DNA from: a virus
Virus record (IMG/VR): IMGVR_UViG_3300042896_000648
Coordinates: 1-64,000 of that record
Direction: 5' to 3' (one strand)
DNA length: 64,000 nucleotides
Within the stretch, counting starts at the first letter, position 1. Each line of letters begins with the position of its first letter. Made by a program: the position numbers and the translations under genes. A model generated the notes under the pieces. That model ran no database searches, had not been told where the DNA came from, and worked only from the letters and a program-made list of their open reading frames with translations. Positions 30,754 to 39,100 of this stretch are shown one piece after another.

Positions 30754-31585
30754 TCATATCTAAGTAATTCTTCTTTTATTTTATTTATTTTTCCATATAT
30801 TTCAACTCTTGTTTTTTTGCTTCTTTCATAGTCTTTTTCTGTAGCCCAAACCATAGTTCTTTCATTTAGTACAGAAAAGTAATTGAGCAACGCCACCAGT
30901 TCACTTGGTGGTAATCCTTCTATTCTTCTTTTTGTTTCAAAGGCCTCCTTTATCTCTCCACCACACATAATTACTTCGTATGCTATTTGATTTTCCATTT
31001 ATATATTCCCTTCAATTGATATAAGTCCTTTTCTATTCAATTCAGATGCTAATGACATAAATAATGCCATTGTAGCTTCAGTACTTAAATTTACAACAGT
31101 TGTTACACTTTTTCTTTCTACAATGTGACCTGCCCTTACACTATAATCTTCATCTGTAACTAATGATTTGAATTTAATACTATAATCGCCATTATCTTTA
31201 CTTAATGTCATTATCCTTCTATTCTTGATTTTGCAAACTGTCGCATTTCCAAATACTGTTCTTTCTATTTCCATGTTATTTAATCATTATTTATGATTTC
31301 GATTATTTTTCTTAAACTTGTTAAACTTAAGCTCATATTACCATACTGCGTAATTTTACTTCTTATTTCACTCTGTAATTTATAAATTTCTTTTTCATCT
31401 AAAATACATTGCTTATTTACATAAAGTTGTGTTTTATTTGAATACTCAGTATCGTATTTTAATGTTTCTTTAGAAAATCTACCTCTGTGATTTTTACATT
31501 CAAAATATTTATTTCCAATTTTAATTACCTCGTATTCATTCAAGTCTTTGCTGTATAATACTTGTCCTATTTTCAATATTTCCAT
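30750..31585 (-). other. three small hypothetical genes (30750-30998, 30999-31274, 31280-31585)
   Basis: Closely spaced minus-strand ORFs downstream of ninG. Confidence 0.7.
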
Positions 31586-31590
31586 TTTAT

Positions 31591-32184
31591 TTATTTATAA
31601 ATTCCTATTTCTTTATTATATTGTTCACGCAATTCTTGTTGTTCACGTTTCGTATACACACTCCCTTGTCTTTGAAGTTCCTTTAGTATCTTATACGCTT
31701 TAGTGTGTGCTATTTTTAGCTCTTCTTTGTCATGTTTAAGGTCTTTATATACTTGTCTTAGGCTTTCTATATACTCGGTGTATTCAGCTCCGTATCTGGC
31801 AGTTAATCCTAATCTATACTCGATTAAGTTTGCGCTTAAATGCATATTACAATGTACGCATTGGCCATGTATGTTATGTAGGTTAAAGGTTATGTTCTTA
31901 TTGTTACCACTAGGGTAGTAATGCCCTCCTTGTTCTACTTTTCCTACACAGCTTATGCAACTCTGCTCTCGGTCTATTAGTCTAGCTATGTGGTTTATAG
32001 TTTTCTGAAGTTTAATCATACAGTCTTTTACTGTTTCTGTTTTTTCTTCAAGTACCTTTTTCCTTTTTTTCCAACCATCGCTGTCTAGTTTTTCACGCCC
32101 TATTTTTATAGCACATTCTATACAGAATTTCTGCGTTGTTTTGTATTGAAAAAACTCCTCGCCACATTCTTTACATTTTTTCAT
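31591..32184 (-). CDS. ninG: NinG/Rap-family recombination endonuclease
   Basis: N-terminal CKEC; LQ...N...R..D..CISC; GHY; NIHGQC.HCN...SAN...YR..L. Confidence 0.88.
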   Translation of the reverse strand: MKKCKECGEEFFQYKTTQKFCIECAIKIGREKLDSDGWKKRKKVLEEKTETVKDCMIKLQKTINHIARLIDREQSCISCVGKVEQGGHYYPSGNNKNITFNLHNIHGQCVHCNMHLSANLIEYRLGLTARYGAEYTEYIESLRQVYKDLKHDKEELKIAHTKAYKILKELQRQGSVYTKREQQELREQYNKEIGIYK

Positions 32185-32351
32185 TTACTTCGAATGTTAA
32201 TAGTTATATTTTCGACAACTTGTGATTTAAGATATTGAAAGTTAGTTTGTTATGATATATTAATACATATAGTAGTTCTAATCAAGCCTTTGCCTCGGCT
32301 CTTTCGGTGTTGGTTGGCACTCAATTTTTAATATTTTTTGCCAACGCTCTT

Positions 32352-32522
32352 TTAAAAGTATGTAACTAATATATAATCATCAGCAGGTACATAAACACCG
32401 TTGTTATATTTGACTTTTCCAAATGCTTTATTTCTAGCATCTAACTCATTTTCTGCATGAACTAATATATATTCAGGTGATGCATATTGCCATGTTTTTA
32501 CTTTAAATAAAAAAGCTTTCAT
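32352..32522 (-). CDS. 56-aa hypothetical protein (not in ORF track)
   Basis: MKAFLFKVKTWQYASPEYILVHAENELDARNKAF... Confidence 0.6.
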   Translation of the reverse strand: MKAFLFKVKTWQYASPEYILVHAENELDARNKAFGKVKYNNGVYVPADDYILVTYF

Positions 32523-32526
32523 ATAA

Positions 32527-32838
32527 TTAGTTTTTTAATTTTTCAATTGCGTTAATAGCTGCTTCATTAGCCTCATTTTCTGTTTTAAAAGAGCCTATTC
32601 GAATATTAACAATGAACCTTTCTTTTGATTTATCATAAAAGCAGTATTTTTTATTTTTATTGGTAGATAATTCAGAAAGATTTTTTTCAACATCTAGTCC
32701 AGCTCTAATTACGGCTTTAGCCATCTTATAAGCACGAATTGCATCTATTTCATTGTCAAATATTCCAAGCAAGTAACTTTCTTTTTTATATCTAATTTGC
32801 CCGTGATACTTATCTTTTCTTTTAAAATATCCATTCAT
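32527..32838 (-). CDS. AP2-like DNA-binding domain protein
   Basis: Y.GQI......LLG.FDNEIDA..AY and IGSFKTENEA repeats. Confidence 0.6.
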   Translation of the reverse strand: MNGYFKRKDKYHGQIRYKKESYLLGIFDNEIDAIRAYKMAKAVIRAGLDVEKNLSELSTNKNKKYCFYDKSKERFIVNIRIGSFKTENEANEAAINAIEKLKN

Positions 32839-32931
32839 AATTCCTGCGAGCTATCGCCCGTTTGCTATTCTAAAAAATATTAAAAATTAAATATTGACTA
32901 TTTACTGGTTAAAAGGCACTAAGCGGCCAGC

Positions 32932-33018
32932 TTAGAACATGGTATTGTGGCAATAAAAAGCCCACACACTAGCCATAAACGCACATTTTTTACTGACCAC
33001 AACACCCCGCCGTTATAG
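32932..33018. mobile_element. attC-like recombination site 1
   Basis: ...AAC and GTT... ends; the bottom strand folds into 10-bp and 9-bp helices separated by one extrahelical T (32996). Confidence 0.65.
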
Positions 33019-33024
33019 GGCATT

Positions 33025-33165
33025 TCAATTACCTATATTAAACCTTGTCCAATTTCCAGAACCGTATTCTTTATTTATTTCAAACTCCCATTTATGTCTA
33101 GGTTCATTGGTGTAAAATGAACCAATAAAAATATTTCCATTATATACTTCTAATTTTGTCCACAT
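33025..33165 (-). CDS. 46-aa cassette-borne ORF MWTKLEVYNGNIFIGSFYTNEPRHKWEFEINKEYGSGNWTRFNIGN (not in ORF track)
   Basis: Fills the space between the two attC-like sites almost exactly. Confidence 0.6.
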   Translation of the reverse strand: MWTKLEVYNGNIFIGSFYTNEPRHKWEFEINKEYGSGNWTRFNIGN

Positions 33166-33178
33166 AACTAAAAACGCC

Positions 33179-33272
33179 CTATAACATGGCATACACAAAA
33201 GCGGGGCGGAACGCTTATCATGTATGTTCGGGTTAAAGAAGCCCCGCCTTCGTGTATGCTTTGACGTTACCT
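33179..33272. mobile_element. attC-like recombination site 2
   Basis: CTATAAC...GTTACCT ends; 19-bp bottom-strand stem with two G.T pairs. Confidence 0.7.
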
Positions 33273-33416
33273 TTTACAATACCACTCACAAATAGTTTCA
33301 CCATCCTTCTTCTTGAAGTCAAACTCACAGTACGCTTGCCAATAGCTAGGCGTTGCCGTCTTTCTATAGCAGTCTTTAAGTTCACACTTTTTGTTGGTAC
33401 ACATTGTTATATCCAT
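33267..33416 (-). CDS. 49-aa Cys-rich phage protein (not in ORF track)
   Basis: MDITMCTNKKCELKDCYRKTA...; its stop codon lies in the GTTA of attC-like site 2. Confidence 0.7.
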   Translation of the reverse strand: MDITMCTNKKCELKDCYRKTATPSYWQAYCEFDFKKKDGETICEWYCKR

Positions 33417-33437
33417 AATTAAAAATATTTTAATGTT

Positions 33438-33770
33438 TTAGTCTTCCATTAAAAAATCGTAAAGGTCTCCGCTTGTAGCTAGGCATATACCCGTCCCATT
33501 GCTTCTGTTCGCTACATCTTTCTTCCACTTCATTCCGTACTCTAGTTCATACATAAAATACATTATCCAATCGCCATCGTCTTGCATAGCATTAATCAGT
33601 AGTTCCATTAAGGCTTGGTAAGTCTTATTATTGTAGCACATTACTGTGGAATCAGGAAACATCTTTTCAAATGATTTTGCAAATTCTTTTTCCGCTCGTT
33701 CTTGTAGTCGTATCTGCTCTATTGTGTAGCAGAATAGGTCTTTTGTGATTTTTAGTTTTCCTTTTTTCAT
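33438..33770 (-). CDS. hypothetical protein
   Basis: DWIMYFMYELEYG motif; coupled to the MTase gene. Confidence 0.75.
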   Translation of the reverse strand: MKKGKLKITKDLFCYTIEQIRLQERAEKEFAKSFEKMFPDSTVMCYNNKTYQALMELLINAMQDDGDWIMYFMYELEYGMKWKKDVANRSNGTGICLATSGDLYDFLMED

Positions 33771-34555
33771 TTTATTTCAGGTATTTGTTCTTTTAAATAT
33801 TTATAAATTTTCCATGTCTGAATTTTAGGTGAAGAAATAAATGGATATAAGTTTTTCCAATCTGTATTTTTCATCACTTCTAAAATCTTTTCTCTATATA
33901 TTTCATTTTTAATAATAATATAGTTTTCTTGGCAAAATGTTCCTATTTCTTTCACTTCCTTACCAATACTTGCACCATATGTATTCATTGCAAAATGAAA
34001 TATTTCAGGTTTTTTATATGTACCACCTCTTCTATATTCACCGACAAATACATCGTTTAGTTTGTAATCTACTGCTTTTGTATTTACGCCATTTTCAGGT
34101 CTTTTATATATATTAAAGCAACATAATAATTTAATGCCACTATATTCAATCAATGGTAATACCTCTGAACAAATCAAATCAAACTCATACATTTGTTGGT
34201 TATTTTGGTATTGGCTTACAGGTAGAATAAAAGAAATATAATCTCCAATTTTACAACATTTTTTATAAAAAGCAACACTTAAAGTATTTCGTGTTCCAAA
34301 AGGCGGATTACCAATGAATAACCTTCCTTTTTTGTAAGGCAATTCAAGTTTTAGAAAATCTTTCTTAATAATACTTTCATGTTCAGGTTCTAAGTCATAA
34401 GCAATACAATTTGGTATTTGTAAACTAAAGCTTCCATTACCTGCACTCGGCTCAATAGTTTCAGTTATTTCTAATCCTAATCCATTTACCAGCTCAATAC
34501 AATATTTCGAAAGTTCTTTTGATGTATAATATTTATCTAAATTTATTTTTGCCAT
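33767..34555 (-). CDS. second DNA amino-methyltransferase
   Basis: DKYYT, IEPSAGNGSF, DFL, IGNPPFG. Confidence 0.85.
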   Translation of the reverse strand: MAKINLDKYYTSKELSKYCIELVNGLGLEITETIEPSAGNGSFSLQIPNCIAYDLEPEHESIIKKDFLKLELPYKKGRLFIGNPPFGTRNTLSVAFYKKCCKIGDYISFILPVSQYQNNQQMYEFDLICSEVLPLIEYSGIKLLCCFNIYKRPENGVNTKAVDYKLNDVFVGEYRRGGTYKKPEIFHFAMNTYGASIGKEVKEIGTFCQENYIIIKNEIYREKILEVMKNTDWKNLYPFISSPKIQTWKIYKYLKEQIPEIK

Positions 34556-34693
34556 CACTTATTTTTCTTCATCTTTATTTTTAAATTTAGGGGCAAGGTC
34601 TTTAATCTCACCCCTATTAAACGGTCACACCAGTAGTCCGGGTGCTCACAAATGTAATTATAAGATTTTACATTTCCAAATATTTTGTTAAAT

Positions 34694-36079
34694 TTATTCC
34701 AAATCTTCTCCCCTATCTCTATCTGCTTGTCGTAGTGCCATTCCTGAGTAGTATGGGTTCTTTTTAATAAACGTTTTCAATCCATGGTATATATCTAGGT
34801 ATCTATTTGCATCACCGAAGTGACTTATATCGCTCGCCATTGCATCTATCTTATCCATCTTACCAAATATATCTACTTTTACACTCCTTATGTCGTTTAG
34901 CAGTCCTGGGCAATTCGTTTCACACACTAGGTAGTTTGTTAGCGATGCTCTGAATAAGTAGTTACTCACTGCTCTGCTACTTTCTTGAAGTAACTTAATT
35001 CTTGGCGGGAATTTTACGTTATAGCATCCTTTATCTTCGAATAGTCTAGCTAGTTCTGCATATCTCTCTGCTGTGCTTCCACCGCCTCCTGCTATATCAC
35101 CTACTATTTCGTATTGCGTATCTGTTCCGAATCTGTTCACTATGTTTTGTACTATTACTTCTAGGTTACTTTGTGCTCCACCTATTCGTTGTTCTCCTAG
35201 TCTCGTGTATGCGTGCTTATCTTCGTTAAAGTAGTCGCTTAAACTGATGTCGCTCTGTATGTCATAGTCGTGGAATCTTTGCCCATACACACAAGTTTCT
35301 GATTGCCCAAAGTCAAAACTTATGGCGAGTGGATAATCACTGAAGAACGGGATAGGTTCTTTCGCTAGGTTATAAAGGAATGAGAATCCGTCTAGGAAAG
35401 GTTTGGTTACTATCACATTGCCCCATTCTCCGTACCGGCATACTCGCCAAGTAGTCTCGTCTATGTCTTTTAGTGCGTCTAGGTTCATATAATCAAACTT
35501 AGTCGCAAATTTATTATCCTCGATAGTGTAGTGAAATCTTTTTGATAGTTCGTGGTATAAACTACCTTCTTCAAAAAACGTATTGTATAGCCAGTGTTTC
35601 TTACTTACAGGGTTAAACATAAACACAAATCGTATGCTGTCATCACCTCGGTATGAGGTTATAATCATCATAAAGTCTTCTAGGCTTAATTGATCTATCT
35701 CGTCAATGATTATGAGTTGGATATTCGCTACTCCTTTTGCTTTATCTTCACTACAAAAGTCAAACAGTAGTCGGTTTCCATTTGGGTAGGTTATGCATTT
35801 CGATAGGTGGTGAAACACACAGTTAATGTACTCGCCTAGTCCTAGCTTTTCTATCATTACCTTAAATGGGCTAAAGGCTTTTTCTTTTAAGTCGGCCTGG
35901 GTTTTTCTGTACCATATTGCATTCATACCGGGGTTATTCCATAGTAGGAAGTTTACAATTTGCATTACAGAATAACTTTTAGAGGAGTTTCTTCCTCCAA
36001 ATCCTATAGTTATAAAGTTGTCTTTTATCGAGTCGCTTAGTTCGTAATAGGCTCTGTTTAGTTGGTTTAATTGATACAT
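34694..36079 (-). CDS. terL: terminase large subunit (PBSX-like)
   Basis: GGRNSSKS Walker A variant, IIIDE Walker B, FNP, T..DN.F, GEWG, FDFG nuclease motif, H..DA.RY. Confidence 0.9.
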   Translation of the reverse strand: MYQLNQLNRAYYELSDSIKDNFITIGFGGRNSSKSYSVMQIVNFLLWNNPGMNAIWYRKTQADLKEKAFSPFKVMIEKLGLGEYINCVFHHLSKCITYPNGNRLLFDFCSEDKAKGVANIQLIIIDEIDQLSLEDFMMIITSYRGDDSIRFVFMFNPVSKKHWLYNTFFEEGSLYHELSKRFHYTIEDNKFATKFDYMNLDALKDIDETTWRVCRYGEWGNVIVTKPFLDGFSFLYNLAKEPIPFFSDYPLAISFDFGQSETCVYGQRFHDYDIQSDISLSDYFNEDKHAYTRLGEQRIGGAQSNLEVIVQNIVNRFGTDTQYEIVGDIAGGGGSTAERYAELARLFEDKGCYNVKFPPRIKLLQESSRAVSNYLFRASLTNYLVCETNCPGLLNDIRSVKVDIFGKMDKIDAMASDISHFGDANRYLDIYHGLKTFIKKNPYYSGMALRQADRDRGEDLE

Positions 36080-36152
36080 ATTTTTATACCCATTAGGGTA
36101 TCAGTTTGTTAGTTTTAATATATTTTATACCCGTTAAGGTATCAGGTTGGTT
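36078..36152. repeat. two tandem ~33-bp repeats, each with an ATACC-N6-GGTAT dyad
   Basis: TTTTATACCCATTAGGGTATCAG and TTTTATACCCGTTAAGGTATCAG. Confidence 0.8.
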
Positions 36153-36187
36153 TATTATAATTATAGTTATAACTTTACTATTAAATT

Positions 36188-39100
36188 CTACAAGGTTTGT
36201 TTATACTTATTTTGCAATACGTTTATCTTTTTACTCCTAGTCTGTAGGTAGGTATTAAATCCGCTCTTGTCTACTTGGTTTACTATTTTAGCTTGCCCTT
36301 GTAGTGCTAGTAGGTCTTTTCTTAGTCCTTTTATCTCTTTCTCTAGTTTTGAGTTATCGTTCTGTATTCTATTCACTATATTTGGTGTAATGCCCTTCAA
36401 GTTCACGGTGTCGTAGTTCATAATCTTATTCATTACGTCATTACGGGTCATTCTTACGCCTCCATTACTTCTTGTCATAGTATCCACTTGTTCCTTGCTG
36501 AATATCTGTTCATCAGGGTGCAATATTGCTTGAAATCCTCCCTTGTTGTCTACTCGTCTTCTTGGTGCATTCTCGCTAGTATTGTCAGTTCCTTTATAGA
36601 ATGGTTTTATAGGTTCGGCAGGAAGTTCTTGTTTTGGAGGGTCAGGAATAGCTCTTAATAAAGCATATATAGTTACAGCAGAAGCGGCAGCTATAACCAA
36701 TCCAACTACAAGTGATGTAGCAGCTAGTTTAGCTGTCATTATCGCCACTTGAATACCTATCTCTACTGCCGCTAGTGCTTGCGATACCTTAAGTTCCTGT
36801 ACCTTTAGTTTATATTCAGCATCTATTCTCGATACCTCTAGTTGCCACAGCTTATAATTCTTTTCGTATTCCAATTCTGCATTAGCTTTATCTGTAGCTT
36901 CTTTTTGCGCTAATAAAGCGGCATCTTTAGCTATTTTTGCATCTATTTCTACTTGGTCAAAAGTTGTACGAGAGTTAAATAGGTCTGCTTTTTCTTTTTG
37001 GTCTATCTTTACTATTGCATCAGACGCTTCTTTTACTATTGAATTTACAGTATCCGTTCTTGCAATTACAATTTCTTTTGTTTCGTCTTTTTCAACAAGA
37101 AGTGTATCTACTTTTTGCTTAGTAGTAGCTTTAAGGTCTGCTAAATCAGATGCTTGGCTTGCTTTTGCTTTGTCGCTAATAGCTTTATCTGTCGATGCTA
37201 TGTCATTTGCATAAAGTTTTCTTATTCTAATATCTTCTGCTAATGCATCTATTTTTATTCTATTTATTTCATTTTGTATATCTTGTGTAGCCGCTTGGTT
37301 TATTACAAGGTCTTTAAGTTCTTCTACTTGTGCTTCACGTATTTTTTGTACACCTTCATTTACTATTTTCTCAGCTTCATCACGCCTCCTTACATCTTTT
37401 GCATTTAAGCTTTCATTATACAGTTCTCTAAGTGCAAGTTCTTCATCCCCAGCTTTTTTATTTATCCTCTGTGCCTCTTCATTATTTACGGCGAGTGTTG
37501 TTAATGCTTGCGATGCTCTTGCTAATACCTTATTCCTTTCTGCTGCCGCAGCGGCTTCTATACTAGCATCCTTTTTAAACTGTGCATCTGCTCTTATCTT
37601 TTCTTCCTTGTCAAATCCATCTTGAAGTAGTGCTAGTGCATCATCTTGTGCTTTTTTCTGTACTGCTATTTTTTGGTCATACCCAGTCTTTGTATTCTCA
37701 ATCTGCCTGTTTATTCCATCTAGTTCTAATGCGGTTTGCCTTATAATAGCACTACCTATAACATTAATGGCAAGTTTAGCGTACTCTCCGTATTTTTGTG
37801 CAGATATTGCTATGTGCTCCTCTTTTAGTTTTTTACTAGCTTTATTATACTCCTTTTCAATTTCTTCCAATTCCTTTGAGCCTTTTTTTGCATTCTTTCT
37901 CGCCTCGGCATAAGTTTCCTCTAGCTTTTTTACTGCATCCCTATTTAGCTTTAGATTTTCCCTAGCAGCTTTAACGCTATTTATTACACTTCCAACAGAA
38001 TCTATTAAATTATTAACAAATGCTGCATTTACCTTAGCTGATGCCGTTCCAAAGTTCCCGTAAGCAGTTGCTACACTTTTTAATGCTGTTTGCGTTCCTT
38101 TTAGGAAGTTTTCAATAGTTTTTAATCTAGCTATCTTATTATTTACTTCTATTCTTTCTACCGCATCAAGAAACGCCTTAGTATCTTTCTTTATCCTATC
38201 ATTATTCTTAGTCGTGTTTTCTAGTTTCTTTACTTGGTATTTACCATCTAATTCTACGAGTTTTCCGTAGTGCTTTTGTGTATCTAGTTCTATCTTTAAT
38301 ATCGCACTTTCATTCTCTTTATCTATCGCTTCATTGCTTATTTTTATCGCATCTTCCCTGTCTTTACCTTCTTTTAGTATTAGCTTTATGTTGTCGGCGG
38401 CCTTTTGTTTTTTAAACTCAACAGAGTATTGTAGTGATGTTATTTCATCGCTATTGTTTTGTATTTCAGCAAGAAGTCGTTTTCTTTTTAGGTCATATTC
38501 TAGTTTGTCGTATTTTACGCTTATCTGATACTTTTCTTCTTCGCTTTCAGCTTTAGCTAGTTCACTAGCTTTCATTAGGTCTAGGTTAGCTTCTTCTGCA
38601 TCTTCTACAATGGCTTTCTTAGCTACCTCTAGTTCTTTAAGCAGTTTTATGCGCTCCTTATCAGCTTGCTCAATTGTTTTTAGGTTTTCTTTACTTGCTT
38701 CTTCTACAAGCTTATTTTCCTTTATGGCATATTTTTCTAAAAGCTTAGTTGTTTTTAAAAATACCTCTGCTTTCTTGCCGTATCTTTCATTGGCCTCTAG
38801 TATTTCAGCCTCTCGCTCTTTTTCTAATAGGTCTAGCTTATCTCTTAATCCTTCTTGTCCAAGCTCTTTTAGCAGTTCTATTTCTTTCCTTCTGTTCTCT
38901 AGTTCTTTACTTGGCTTAAATTCCTTCGCACCTTTTCCTGCTCCACCTCCTGCACCAGCCTTTATGTTATCACCCGCAGTACCTTGTATTCCTTTTATAT
39001 ATTCAGTATATTCTTTTTCTATTCTCATTTTGTCTTTTAACCCTTTTGCATTTTCCAGGTTTATATTCTTCTGTATTAATGCATTATCTAGCAAAGACTT

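Noticed and set aside
19152-34555. Complete restriction-modification system
   Set aside because: No recognisable restriction endonuclease or specificity subunit next to either MTase
34622-34648. SAM/SAH riboswitch-like string CACCCGGACTACTGGTGTG upstream of the MTase
   Set aside because: Only a loose resemblance; the closing stem is too short and there is no convincing pseudoknot partner
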